Notes: generated by a model from the sequence alone, not told the origin. 63,974 nt of DNA, filler included, from Intoshia linei (GCA_001642005.1; 5 parts of 5 records of this genome joined end to end with filler, not necessarily neighbours in it); one strand, 5' to 3'; shown: positions 1-13,924, counted from the first letter of the whole stretch. A program made the numbers and translations.

Positions 1-156
1 AAAAAAAATTATTATTATATATGTAAAATATATATTAATACAGTATATGTATATTATACATATACGAAGCTGGGCGGGTCAAACAAAAATTTGAAATGGG
101 CCGCATGATTAAAGATAGATAACAATCTACCAATTTTAATAATTGAAAAACATACG

Positions 157-2378
157 AATCTCCGTGAAACATCCAATAATTTGGATCAGCAGAAGGTACA
201 AAGCTGACATTGGAGTTGATGTATTTTTCATTAATTCCACCAATTGATATTTCACCACCACTCATTTCAGTTATCTTTCTAGTAACAAAATAATAAAGTA
301 TTTTGTTTAATTATGGTTAATTTAGAAAAATGTAGCAGGGCAGGCAGAGTCTGGTGTTGTAGGTTTGGATGTGCGTCAGCGGTTACATTAATCTTCACTG
401 CTATCTCTCTTATAAAAATTATTACGATCATTTTTGTCGATCATTACGATAGTGTCCATAAATAAGTATTTTTGAACTTATCATAACATAATTTTTTCGG
501 AATATACATTGTAAGTTAATTGATTGTAGATAATTACATCGTAGATATTATTATGTATTATAATAGAAGTAGTCTAATTCAATTTTATATTTTTTCTTAT
601 AAAATTATGTTTCGAATTTTTTCAAATTCTTTATATTGATAGACATACATGTATAATTTAAGACGTAAAGTTTGTATTCCTGTAATGAAATGTCTTTCTT
701 GATTATATTATATATTACTTTTCGAGTGAAATATACTACATATCATTTATACTTAAATAAATGTGCACATTGTGCACCCAGGTTTTTTTGTTAACATGGC
801 GCCCTGTAGTGCAGAGTCCTTTATATAATTTACGATTCATATAATGCATGTAATATTACTATATTTTAATTGTACATTACCTATTTAAATAAATCCCCAC
901 AATGGCTTGTTTCTTTTTAGTTAACAGGTCGTATACGAATGAATTCGATTTTGTTGTATTCCAATACTTACCAAATCCTAGAATTCCACTAAGATTCTGT
1001 AAAGCGTTACTCATATAAAGCCTTTCACTAATAAATCTTTGTTTTTTCAGTGTATAGCCTGTCTAAATGTATTATGTATTATAGGAAAGTCAATATCCAT
1101 TGTTTTAAGATTAACCAAAGCCTGCATTTGTACTATATTATCAATCTACATTTTATTTTTCCTTCAAAGACATAAGTCATATGAAAGATTTAAATGGGTG
1201 ACATTACTTTACAAAACGTTGAAATGCTATTCAATTACAAAAATACCTATATGCTTAATTATAATTAATATTATTAACTAATTAATGTAAATAATATTAT
1301 TAATGAAGTAACCGCAATTCTATACGACAATGATTAAGATAATATATTAACATAGTTAATATAGAATATAATAGTTACATTGTAAATACATTCATGAAAT
1401 ATAATAATATATTATTAGTTTATTACACCGACAATGTCTGTGAATCCATCCCATTTAAAATTGTAGTTATTATATGGAATATTTGTTTCATATGGTTGTA
1501 ATCGTCTGCTACTATAAGATTTAAATGGATCGTATTTAGTTACACCTAATATAAATAAATATTTATGAATCGTAAACATTTATAAGCTAAAAATGTCAAT
1601 CTTTAATTTGAAAAGTATAAATTATTTAGTAAATTATTAATAACATGTTCCATGGTAGCAATGCTCCTTATACGTCATGAAAACGGGCGATGAAGTGTCA
1701 ATTATCACTTTTAAAAGCTTTGCCGGTATTCCTATTCTTAATTTCACATAATATAGTGTCTAAAAATATTTTAATTTAGATGGTATAATATGTAATATCA
1801 AAAAATAAGTATATGGACTATATTTATTTTTATTTTATCGAATCTTGCCATGAGAAATTATTATTCAAATTGATATATAAGAGGGTGAGTTATATTTTTC
1901 TAATAAATATCAAAATTATACTTCAGTCAAAAAAAAATTTTGTAAAATAGTATTATTATTACAATATTATTCTTCAATGTCACGTTTCACAGCCTTTTGT
2001 TTTCATACCATCTTAAATAAAAAGATTATTCAGTTCTCCCTTTTCAGGTTAATAGTTGATTGAATAGTAAAGGTTACATTTGATAATTAAAATGTTTTAT
2101 TAAATTTAAAAATATAAATACATGATTTTCCATATAGTTTATGTAATCGTATCGAACATATGTAGTATAATTATAAACAATTCTGCGGTCTATATGTGTA
2201 ATATGCTAAAATTGTTAATTAAAATAAGATTAATATCAAAGTTGCATTTTTAACCTCAAGCCTTCGAGCCATACCGACACACATTTTATGTAATTGAATT
2301 CTAAAATTACAATTTATTATTATTATTAATAATTCATTTTACTGTTATATACAGCATTATGTTATAGTATATTACCAT
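157..2378 (-). CDS. Pepsin/cathepsin D-family aspartic protease, N-terminal part (multi-exon; runs off the left edge; 5' end approximate)
   Basis: Manually translated exons: IQLHKM (propeptide-like, ~2255-2300); TLYYVKLRIGIPAKLLKVIIDTSSPVF (1681-1759); KYDPFKS (~1520); SGILGFG...IVGIYLNR (~880-1000); GGEISIGGINEKY...YWMF (157-280). All are pepsin-family motifs in the expected order. Confidence 0.85.
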
Positions 2379-2608
2379 TATAGATAGTTATTTATAAATT
2401 TAAAATTCTTTACGCAAATGTTAACAAAAAAGTTAAGATTGAATAATTAAATTTAAAATAAAAAGTAATGTGATATCACGGTTCCATCTAAAATAAGTTT
2501 GGGAACCACTCCTTAAAAGGATTCATAATAGTGAATAGTAGAATTTTCAAGTAAGATTTTCAATGTGAATTTATTTTTATGATAATGAATAAAAATAATA
2601 AAATATAA

Positions 2609-2665
2609 ATGTCCCTTCGGCAGAGCTGGGTGCTGTTTGTACGTAGTACATAACAGTCAACCTAG
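2609..2665 (+). mobile_element. Isolated Helitron 3' end
   Basis: CTGTTTGTACGTAGTACATAACAG hairpin followed by CTAG|T, the same as the 3' end of the full copy at 22873. Confidence 0.75.
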
Positions 2666-3911
2666 TTACTAGGTTCTAGTATAACACTGAACAACACTGA
2701 AAAAAAATCTGCTTCCAAATAAGATAATATGAATAAATAATTATAAAATAAATAATTATAAAATAAATATAATAAAATAAATATGAATTATAATTTTTAC
2801 ATTCCTAAAAAAATTTAAAAAATGTATCTCGTAGTTAAAGGATTAATTTAATATTTAAATATTTATTTTAATTACTTTCATTTCTCAAAGTTGATTCACT
2901 TTTAAATAAATGATCGTTATTGTATAAAATCAAATAATTATTGTCTAATTTGTGACTTAAGTCTAATAAAATAAAAAAATCTTACTCTATCAAATGTGAA
3001 CCATTTTGTGTTAAAGTTAAAAAAATGTATATATTTATTATGATTACTCTTTATAGTGGATTTCAAATTTTGTCTATTTGTTAATTATTAAAACTTAATT
3101 TATAAAAAAATCTGGATGATTAATAATTTTGTGTCATTGGATTATATTTGCGTCTTCTCGTGTAAATTGTACTGTAAAAAATATCCCAGAAATTCTTTAA
3201 AAACCTATGATTAGGGTAAATTTTGCCCTATTTGTTAAAGATAATTTCATAATTGAAATTTATATAGTTTCATTAGATTCACCGTTTTTAATTATGTATT
3301 AAAAAATATTTGTTATCCAAAATAGTTCACTTAATGATTTAAAATAGTCAATAATCCTTTGTATACAATAATATTAATGATATTACTACGGTAACTAGGA
3401 GACACATTTCCCTCTATCTTTCAGAATATACATTTTGTAATTCGGTCTATCATTTAAAAATAAAATCTAACAGAATTTTTTATAAAACTTTAAAAATGTT
3501 GTCCTGTGTAATATAAAGTGGGCGTTGAATAATTTTTTGTAGTTGCAAGTTTAGTTTTTAGTTGCATTTTTTGTCAATTTTTTCAAAAAGATGTTAAAAA
3601 AATATATGGTTGGATGCAAATTAAAGGTATTACATTTCCTTGTTGGGTGGTAGAGAGTAAGTTTTATATATAAATTTGCTGACACTTCTACTATACATTG
3701 TTTAATCGATTTTATAAGGTCCAAAAATTAAAATAAAAAATAACAGTTGGAAATCGAGTCGTCATCATAAAAATGAAAATTCCAACATTACCTAACATTA
3801 CAATAAATTATAATTTACCCATTAAGAAATTAAAATAGTAAGCCCTCATGATTGTAGATCCAGGTCACGCGATCACCTTAACCCTTCTCCACAGTCCAGA
3901 TTATGCTATTA

Positions 3912-4402
3912 CTGTGGAATCCGCTTATAAGAGACGCATCGGGAGCAAGCAATTTGTCCCTTATAACCGGATGTTTCTTATATCCGAAAAATCAAAAAAG
4001 TAAAGACTTTAAATAAATAAAATGTTAAGTAATATATATGTCGTATAGCAATGTGTAAAACTGTGAAATGTACACATTCTATGGACAAGTCGTAGAATGT
4101 ATACATTTCATGGATAAATCGTAGAATGTGTAAAACTTTCATTTATATTTTAGTTTAATTTTGGGTTTTAGTAATTTTTTTTAAACCAAAATTTCAAGGG
4201 GGGTTTTTAAGATTTTTTTTTGATGACAGTTTTACACATTCTATGCAACATATACTTAATTATAAACTTTATTATTAAAACAATTAGTCAAAATGTAAAA
4301 GTTTCAAGAATCATTTCTACAAAAATGTAATAATTTATTTTAAAAAACAAATTGCCTGTCCACTATAAGCGGATTTTTGTCCCTTATATCCGGATTCCAC
4401 TG
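3912..4402. mobile_element. Tc1/pogo-type MITE containing a nested inverted-repeat element (4036-4253)
   Basis: TA|CTGTGGAATCCGCTTATAAGAGAC ... GTCCCTTATATCCGGATTCCACTG|TA. The inner pair is ATATGTCGTATAGCAATGTGTAAAACTGT / ACAGTTTTACACATTCTATGCAACATAT. Confidence 0.75.
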
Positions 4403-5832
4403 TATATACATATTAAATTACTTGATAATATCATTAGAAGACACTACTATAACTTGAAATAAAATAAAAAATAATGACAGCATGTTCTTCGTTATTAAAA
4501 TATAAAATAAAATATAAAAAATTTATAAACAAAATATAATTATTTTTATCGTTACTACACTATTAAAAACGGTTTTCCAATGTAATCATTGACAACTACA
4601 AATGAACTTGTGTAGTCAGTAATGGCTGATTTGCTATCAATAGCAGCTCTGAGCTAATAATATCAAACAGCAATGCAGTCCAAATAACAAGCAGCTGTTT
4701 TCAAAAAAATTATATTCAGATATTAATGATTAAATTACGGTATCAGGTGAAATGTTTTGGTTAATTGGTTCCATTCAGTTGATTGATCAATGTTTAATAC
4801 TCATATTATAATATAATTACAACTTATCAATATTAAATTATAAAATGTAAAACTTATAAGTAATGTTTTCATACCGGTTTACTGATTTCCGGTGAATTTA
4901 ACAACACTAGTCTGAAGTAAAATTGTACAGGAGTGATTTTTAACATGGGCGACAGCACCCCATTGGGGCGTTTTTATAATATAATGGGGGGAAAATTTTT
5001 TGGCAATATAGGTACATGTATATATTTTTATTGTATCAGTTGGGATTCGAATATAATATCATATTGTATCCGTTCAATGAGCCTAGCTGACAGAGTGGTT
5101 ATAGTCAAATGATTGTTAATTTGCAGTATTGGTTTGGACTTTATAATTTGAAAATGATGATGAATTTCAAAAACTGTTAATGCTTACTATAAAATACATG
5201 TTTGCTAATAATTATCTAAATCCCATACAAAAAGGCTAATGATTAAACATAACCAACAATTTTATAAATTTTAATCATGTATATTTAAATTATTGACATT
5301 TGGAACAAAATATTCATGTGAATTTGCTTTATCGAATATGGCGTTTATTAAAAATAAATTTAAATATCGAATTAACTTTTGGTGGACATGTTAGGATTAG
5401 GAACATTATAAACTTTACCAACATTTTAACTATTAACGGCAAAAAAATCCAAAATTCTCAACTATTATAAACATTATCAAATTTGTTAATCATCTTTAAT
5501 ATATTATTAATTATATATAATAAATATTATAAAATGTGGCCCTTCTGAAAAAAGGTCGGGAACCCCTGATATATATGATAATTGTTAGTGAATTATTGAA
5601 ACTTAAATCCTTGTAATTGTCTTTGAAAAGATATTTAAGGTTAAACAAAATGATCACTTAACTTATTTAGCATGTCCCGAACCGATTTATTACAAAAAAT
5701 ATAAATAGTTCGACATGAATGAATTATATTATTTTTAGATTCATCTAATTATTCTGAAGAATTTATAAAAAAATAAATGAAGCATAAAAGAGTTAAAATG
5801 TTAGATAATATATAAAATTTTAAATGGTTTAT

Positions 5833-7442
5833 TTATTGTAACAATGTAGGACCTTTTCCCACGCGGGAGATTATTCCATATTTGATATTCATTTGAGGTA
5901 AAATACATTTCAGTTTTTGAGATAACTTCTAAATTTATGTTAGTGAAAAAAGTATAAATTATAAATTACTGCGTTAATGGAATGGTTGGTTGAATCTATC
6001 TCATTACCCTTCCAAATTACTGATTTCTGTAAAAAATTAACAATACTTTTGAAAATAATGGCATATTTATGTTCACATATAACCAATGCATTTTCGCCGG
6101 CATCAAAAGTGTAGCAAAACTAAAATAACTCATTATTATTTATATTAATAATGTATACTTTTACATCGTCAAAATGTTTATTTAAAGCAATTATCAACTG
6201 AATTATTAATCGTGATTGTTCAGACAAAAAAGAAATTTTTGTTGATAATGATTCACATAAATTATGCAATCTATCACTTTCCTATGATAAATAAATTTCA
6301 AAAAAAAATGTAAAAAAATTACATTCATTGTAATTTCGGCTAATTTTCTAAAATTTTTATTCAAAATGGCATCCTTCATTTGATCAATTATTTCAAAATT
6401 CACTTTTTGTGCATGTGTTAACATTTCTGCCTTTTTTTCCAACAAACATTGCTGCATGGCCTTTTTACTGGAAATTTTTTTATTGTTTTCATTAATCTAA
6501 TTATATAAAATAGTAAAATGTGTACAACAATGTCAATTACAATGAGAATAAATACTCTAAGACTGTCCCAATGTCTATGATTGGCAATTTGATTAATACA
6601 GTCTGAAGTTGTGTTATCTGTTTTAATCCAATGTACGAAACCTGACAATACAGAACGACATGCACTTCCAGAGCCCAGTCTTTAAATTATTATATTTTAA
6701 TTTACACAAGATAATTACACACCTGGCCAAAATTGCAACATTACATTTTAAATTGAATATTTGTTGTAAACATAACGCTAAAAACAATTACTATTATTTA
6801 AATTTTAAAATTAGGGTCGAAAACAAACCAGAACCGTAAGGTTTATAAAATAATAAGAAAATATGACTTGGGTCCAAATTTTAATGTTTCGTTAAACTCG
6901 TGGTTTCGGTCTCAACAAAATTTCCAAATATACCTAAACATGCAAAACCAGAAGCCGATGACGCTAAGCCAGATGCAGTAGGAAAATTGTTATGCGATGT
7001 TAAACGGAAATGCCAGTTTACTTTATAAAATGGACTAGTCGTGTTTTGTGATACTTCCGATCGAACTATAATTTAGTTTAAAATTGAGAACTTTACCCAG
7101 CTGAAAAACCCTTGTGTATCTAGAATTTATTTTTTCAAGTTTACTAAAAATTTTTTTAAATTTCAATATTTTTTCGAACCAATCGTTTATAATAATTTCG
7201 TCTTGTTTAAATGCATCTGAAACTTCAAGCGTTGTTTCAGAACATATCTAAATTTAATACTTTATTTGTTTCTTATTACAGAATCGTCCAAACTAATGCT
7301 TATGGAATCATTTAAAGGTGTCATGTTTTCTTCATTTGATTTCCCCCCTTTCAAAAATAAATTATTTTAAATTGGATTGAAAATTACAATATTTTATTAG
7401 AGCAATATTGGAAGGACATCGATATTTTATTTTATAATACAT
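5833..7442 (-). CDS. MVD: Diphosphomevalonate decarboxylase (multi-exon)
   Basis: [18 protein letters not shown]|[49 protein letters not shown] and a terminal SRVGKGP are hallmark MVD (GHMP family) motifs. Confidence 0.95.
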
Positions 7443-7568
7443 TATTCAAAATTATCTAAAATTCGCTTCTTTTAGTTACTAGAGTATAATTTAAAATGTC
7501 AATAAAGCTTTAGCATTTATATAAAACAGTCATGTCATTATATAATGATAATGAGTTAACAAAGAAAA

Positions 7569-10500
7569 TTAAGAATATATATATTTATTGTCATCAATAT
7601 CAATGAAGGCTTGGAGGTTATTGTCATCATTTGAGGTTTCTTTTTCTAAAAAAAGATAAAATTAACATTATAATCAAAATTACCAATTTGTTCCAATTTC
7701 ATTAACCGTTCATCATTTTTTTTGCTCATTTCAACTGGGTCAAAACTACTATTTGAAGGCTGATAATGTTTTGGGTTTAAATTTTTAGTAGATAAAATCA
7801 CATTACTAAGCTGCGGTAAAATTTGCGGCTTGTCTACATTTTCTAGTTCATTTTCTATATCTAAATACATTTTAGAATTACATTACATTTATATTACCTA
7901 TAAAATGACTAGTTGATACTAATTTTGATTTTGGAGAAAATTGGGATTTAGCAGAAAATGTTTTACTAGTATTAGAATTAATACTACTGATTTCATCATA
8001 ATTTTTGAGATAATTATTGTAAGAATTATTGGTATCATAATTCCTCTTTCTAATATTGTTTAAAATTTTTTCTTGCTGGTCCAATATTAACCGTTGATTA
8101 GTTTCAAGGGAATCCATGTATTCGTTGTTCCGTTTGACCTTGACTAAATATTAAATAAAAATTATTATATAAATAATTACATTTATCATAATTCCTTAGT
8201 AGTGGTTTTGGTATAAATTTGTTGTCAATTAAATGACGGTGCCTTAACGGCTGAATGGTGCGTTTATCTATGACTTCAGGGGAAATGGTGGTATTGTACA
8301 AGTGTTTTTCTAATTTTTGTTTTTCTTTGTTAATTTCTTCCTTCAATCTTGATAATTGGTGGAATATTTGAGAATCCGAATAATTGCTATGTTTGGAATT
8401 TTTACTGTGAGGTCTACTTTGTACATTTCCAATCAGAGTCGGGTCATTATTCAATGGAATTGGTGTGTTGGCAGGTCGATGACTGACTCGAGATCGCTGC
8501 TTGTTTCGAAGAGTAGGTATTGGTGGTGAATTGGACCGAAATTCTTGATTATAATCAAACTTTTGAGTGGTTTCGACCGATGGTAAAACTGGAGGTTTTT
8601 GTCTTGGGTCGCTTAACGTTGATATCCCAATTAAGGGTAAACTGTCCAAACTATTTTTGGTTTTTACGCTTTTTTCTGGTAGTATCGGAGAATTTTCAAA
8701 TAAATTAACATTTGATTTATTAAACTGGTCATTACGCCTTTTAATTTCCATGCCATCTTCTATCGTCTAAAATATGCGTTAATGAATAATAATATACATT
8801 TATACTTTATATTTTTCCATTTTCTCGATATCTCTTTGAATTTTGGATTCTAATAAAAAATCTTCCAATTCTTGTTGTTTTTTTTCCAAGATTTTCTTTT
8901 GTCGTTTTTCTTCAATTTGAGCACTCAGTTCGTCTTTATATACACTTTTACGACGTTCGTTCAGGTCAACCTTAAAATAAATTCAATAAATAACTAATCA
9001 ATTATAATTTACCAAACTTTTGTTAGCGAAATTGTTAATGGGCACATAAGGTCGATTGTCTTGAAATTTCGGCGTAGTATCAATATTTTTACTAATGTTT
9101 CTCAAGTTTGCTACATTATATACGTTACAAAAATATTACATTATATTACCCATGTTATTGCCAAGTTTATCTTTAAGTGGTGCTCCACCTCCTTCACGAC
9201 CAAACCAGTCAAGTTCATTAATTTCATTCAACATTTTTCTTTCGTATCTAATTATGTAATCAAACATGGTTAAGGGTGGTCGATTTGCTGGTATCATAAA
9301 TTTTTTTTAAAATATAACATTATTAATGACCGAAAATTCAAAAAAATATGATTTTTTATAACAAATTCATTTATTTAGTACAATCCTAACTTAAATAATA
9401 TGCTACACAATTTTTGTTTGTGTGTTACGCTGTATTTAAATAACCACCCGTCTTAGAATTTTATAAAGTTCACATTTCAATTACAGTTTTTTTCCGGGGG
9501 TGTGTGCAAACATAATTTCAACCTCCCAATTTCACATCTTACGGGTCAAAAACACCAGTTGTCCCTCTTTTTGAAAATCAACGAGTTGGAGAATTTAAAA
9601 TAAAAAATACGCTGATGCGGATTTTAAAATCATAAACATTATCATCAATTTAAATTTAAAAAAATTATATCTTCAGTACTAAAACCACAAATTACCCTTC
9701 TTTTTTTAATGAAAACAGCTCTAGAATTTCAAAAAATTTACAGGTTCTACAGTTGTATCCTGTTAACACACATAAAAAATTTCAATTCGAATAAGTGACG
9801 ACTTCACAGTCAAAAAAGCATTTTAGTATTCATATATTTTTAATTACATACATTATTAATGACGCTTGTCAGTCTCTCAAATTTTTAATATTTAGAACTA
9901 AGTACTCGGAAAAAGTAATTTTTCCTTTTTCGATTGTTAAAATTTTGATTTTTTATTTTGTGGTTGGATTAAGAGTTTTTTCTGGTAAGGTTAGGTAAAA
10001 TCGAAATTTTAAAAAAATGTAGGAAAAGAGATTTTACCTTAATGTACGTTTGGGTTGGATTAAAAGTTTTTTGTAAAATCATAAGAAAGGATTTTTAAAA
10101 TAATAATTTAGTGGTTGTCTACGCTTTGGGGCAAAATCCCAACATCTGGAAAATCTGCAATAATGTATTTTACACAAATAAACTAATTTTTTAATTTTGC
10201 TGGTAATAATTTTTACACCTTGAACATGGTTATTAGCAGTTATTTTAATGTGTACGATGTTTCTCAATATGTTTGCGAGTCTAGCACCTAAAATATTAAA
10301 GTTTTATCCACCTCAGAGTTAATTAGGTGCTAGTATCACCGGATAAGAAACATTGTAAAATATGACGAATAAATAAATACTCATCTTCGTCCCTTTTTTT
10401 CTTTTGTTTCATTAATTTTTTTTCCTGAATCTAAATTACCAAACTGGAGAAAAGTTATTTAAATACGCACCTGCATTTTCAATTCGTTTTGATAATTAAT

Positions 10501-11517
10501 TTCTTCCTTTTTTTTTGTTTCTTTTAATTTATCTTGGAAAATATTTGAATTTAGAAAATCATTATTTGGTCTAAACAAGAAATGATGAAGAATAAAAATT
10601 AAAAATTACTGGAAATTTTTTTTAATGTCATTTTGAGGTGAAAGAAAAGATACTGCCGAATTTTTAATGAGCAAATCTTGTCTTCCTAATGTATCATAAA
10701 CTGCATCAGTTTCAGAAACTTCCAACGATTTTTTTAAAGGTGTCAATTTTCTAGGCCAATTTGTTTTTAAAGACAGCCTATACAAAAAATATTAAATTTA
10801 TACTCAAAATAAAATTGTTATCGTAAAGACTAAAGCTATTTTTATGATTTTATTCCCCTGAGAATGTACTTGTTATATACATTTTTTAAGACAATAGATT
10901 TTTATATATAAATAAAATGAGACCTTTGAGGAATAGAATTTGTTTTGAAACGGTGAGGTGTTTCAATTCCTAGTCTTTGCATTTTACTATATGATGATTC
11001 AATTATATATAAATAGAAAATGAGCTTTAATGAAGCATAACATACTCGTTTAGTCGGTTCTGCTTATTTTGAAAAATTTGACCCTCTAATTCGTGTCGGT
11101 ATGCTTCCTTGCGTCTCAATTCAGCACTGCGTCTGAGTTCATTTTGTCCAATGGGTAGAGATGAACCGTAGACAGATTCATCATTGTAGGTATCTGTAAA
11201 CCTATGTGGTAGTTTAATGCTGCCATTTAATTTATTAAAATCGTTGTAAAACGAATTATTAAAAGATTTTTCATTTTTTTTCAAATTTTCAAAATGTACA
11301 GATTTTCCACCATAAACGTTTAATTTTAATTTACTACACGAAATTAAATGGTAAAGAGTTGAAATGTAACCTGTTTTTAAATTCCTCGTCCAGTTTATCA
11401 AAACTAGAATTCTACGAACTATTAAGAATTTAATTATATTTTTAGTACCTGATTTGGAAGAGTACTCGTCATTGGTATTGAAAATTTGTCAATTTTATTA
11501 GGTTACCAAATATCCAT
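7569..11517 (-). CDS. CSPP1: Centrosome and spindle pole-associated protein 1-like (multi-exon; start approximate)
   Basis: DWFGREGGGAPLKDKLGN (~9155-9215) matches the CSPP1 WG-x-GGGAPL-x-D motif. Also RSNSPPIPTL and the coiled-coil segments YRHELEGQI and YKDELSAQIEEKRQ. ORFs 7646-7870, 7878-8117, 8104-8751 and 11027-11401 are its exons. Confidence 0.75.
9384..9846 (+). mobile_element. Non-autonomous Helitron, 3'-truncated, in a CSPP1 intron
   Basis: A|TCCTAACTTAAATAATATGCTAC 5' end; colinear with the copy at 21905-22873. Confidence 0.8.
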
Positions 11518-12208
11518 GTTTTAATTAAATATAGAACATTACTTGCAATTTAATTAACTGTAAACAAATGGAAATGTATTTTATATCAAGATTAAAAATC
11601 ACAATTTCCCCGATAAAGTGAAGGAATGCTAATGACAAGATTTAATCACATTTAGATATGGTACTTTTTACAATTCATTTATCAATATGTTTGTTTTGGA
11701 ATTACTCTGGTGACATACCAAAGTATAGAAATACAAATACAATTACACGAGTATATTCTTTTCTAGTGGATAATTAGTTTATTAATGTTGATGATTGATT
11801 GTTTTAAACAAAACAATATATTATGACGTTGATAAAAACACTCAAAAGTTGAAACAATGTTCACTGAACACTATTCGAATTTCGAAATTGGAATCACAAA
11901 ACAAAATTTTGTCAAATAATAAACTTTAACTTATCATCGATGAAACACCATGTCAACGTTATCACGCATCGATGAGAACAATGAATATGGCAGTATTGCT
12001 ATTAAATATGCAAATTCTCATGCATAGTGCGTCTGTTGTACATAAATTGCGTTTGTGCGTTGAGAAGTTAAATTAATCCACACAAACCGTGACAACAAGA
12101 ATAAAAATTTTAATGTTTTTTGAATTTTATTAGATCAGTTTCAATAATAATATACAGGTAATAATATTGACAAAGTATAAATATAAATATCGATATTATA
12201 GGAATAAA

Positions 12209-13924
12209 ATGGTACTGTGGAAAAAGAAAAACAAATCAATCAAATTATCTGAACCATCCAATTTTCAACACAAAAACCATATATCTGTTGTGGATGGTAA
12301 ATTGCAAGGTGTACCAATCCAGTGGAATTCATTGGTATCTGACGAAGATATTGGAACTAAAAAAAATATAACTGCCTCTCAAACATTAGACAGACAATTT
12401 AATGAACAAGGCAAAAATTTCACTTATAGATCCGATTATACAAAGAATGATTCTCGTCCATTTTTTTCAAAAACCACGTCACTAAATTCTGAAGAATATG
12501 GTGTTTCTAATCCGCCTATCCCACCAAAGCCTGTTCGTCAAAATATTTACACTAACAAGAAGGATAAAGTTGCAATAATGGAGAAAAAATGGGACACTTC
12601 ATTTTTCAATAAGAAAAAAATGGAAAGTATAGATTCCAATAGTCCAAATAAATACAAATATTATCAACCGCAAAATTCACAAACTAATGCATTTAACAAT
12701 AGTGAATATCCCATTTTCAATAATCATGAAAATTCCATTACATACCAGGAAGTCAATCCAAGTAAAGTTTCAAACGATAGTGGAATATTGTCTTTACCAA
12801 CACAAAAAATTGAAAATGGTTCAAATTATAAAATTGATAATTACTCCGATTCAAAAACCAATTCATTTGAATCCTTCACTTGTAACCGTCCAGGAACTGA
12901 AATGAAAAAAAATATTTACCCTCAGAATCTTATAAGTAAAAGTTGTTGTGAAAATTCGTCTCCTTATAATAGTAAGGATTTGATTGGAAGACAGCGCATG
13001 AACTACAAACAATTTCGTAATAACTTAAACAAAATCGTGGATTATGAATTTCCCATTGAAACTTCCGATTTAAGTTCCATTTTTGTAGATTTGTGTAAAA
13101 TTGGAGAAGGAACCACTAGCAAAGTGTATTTCGCTAAAAATGTAAAAACCAATAGATGTGTCGCCATTAAAAACATTGACCTCAGAAAACAACAACGTCA
13201 GGAATTGGTTATAAACGAAATAACCATTATACGTAACTTTCAACATCCTAATGTTTTATCTATGTTTGCTAGTTTTTTAGTAGGAGACAAATTATTACTA
13301 GAAACTGAATATCTCTCGCAGGGCAGTCTTACTGATTTTATTACCGCCAACATGCAAAATTCAAATTCAGTGTCTGAACCTCATGTAGCTTATGTTATAA
13401 AATGTTGTTTGCAAGGATTATCTTATCTTCACAGTTGTAATGTTATTCACAGAGATATTAAGAGTGATTCCATTCTAATATCTCACGATGGAATTGCAAA
13501 AATTACAGATTTTGGTTTTTCTGTGAAATTAACTAAAGAATCACCAAGAAGAAAAAGTTTAGTCGGGACTCCATATTGGATGGCACCAGAAGTTATTGCC
13601 AGACGTCCTTATTCTACGGGAGTAGACGTATGGTCACTGGGTATTTTGTTGATAGAAATGGTAGACGGTGAGCCTCCGTATTTTAATGAGCCACCTTTAC
13701 AAGCTATGCGTCGTATTCGTGATATGCAACCGGCAAAAGTTTGCAATACAAACATTTCCTCTAGTTTACAATCATTACTATCATCTATGCTTGTATACGA
13801 CCACGACAAACGACCTGCAGCGTACGATTTACTCAGACACCATTTTATTAAAACTGCTTGTACCTCTCAAATTTTCTGTTCCATATCTTGTACTTTCAAG
13901 TCTCAACAAGAAAAATATCAATAA
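12209..13924 (+). CDS. Group II p21-activated kinase (PAK4/5/6, mbt-like); coding region intronless
   Basis: N-terminal CRIB motif KKKNKSIKLSEPSNFQHKNH. Kinase motifs KIGEG, DLRKQQRQEL, IHRDIKSDSIL, DFGF, RRKSLVGTPYWMAPEVI and DGEPPYFNEPPLQAMRRIRD are typical of group II PAKs. Confidence 0.95.
   Translation: MVLWKKKNKSIKLSEPSNFQHKNHISVVDGKLQGVPIQWNSLVSDEDIGTKKNITASQTLDRQFNEQGKNFTYRSDYTKNDSRPFFSKTTSLNSEEYGVSNPPIPPKPVRQNIYTNKKDKVAIMEKKWDTSFFNKKKMESIDSNSPNKYKYYQPQNSQTNAFNNSEYPIFNNHENSITYQEVNPSKVSNDSGILSLPTQKIENGSNYKIDNYSDSKTNSFESFTCNRPGTEMKKNIYPQNLISKSCCENSSPYNSKDLIGRQRMNYKQFRNNLNKIVDYEFPIETSDLSSIFVDLCKIGEGTTSKVYFAKNVKTNRCVAIKNIDLRKQQRQELVINEITIIRNFQHPNVLSMFASFLVGDKLLLETEYLSQGSLTDFITANMQNSNSVSEPHVAYVIKCCLQGLSYLHSCNVIHRDIKSDSILISHDGIAKITDFGFSVKLTKESPRRKSLVGTPYWMAPEVIARRPYSTGVDVWSLGILLIEMVDGEPPYFNEPPLQAMRRIRDMQPAKVCNTNISSSLQSLLSSMLVYDHDKRPAAYDLLRHHFIKTACTSQIFCSISCTFKSQQEKYQ

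Noticed and set aside
4050-4140. Short spaced repeats superficially like a CRISPR array (also 43317-43484)
   Set aside because: Eukaryotic context, no unique spacers and no cas genes; these are MITE or foldback internal repeats.
4550-4705. Moderately GC-rich, coding-like stretch
   Set aside because: Stops in the minus-strand frames examined and no recognisable motif.
8520-8770. Short antisense or alternate-frame ORFs over real genes (also 12687, 13609, 13668, 34607, 51619, 53780, 58079, 59393)
   Set aside because: Shadow ORFs without motifs, overlapping well-supported coding exons.
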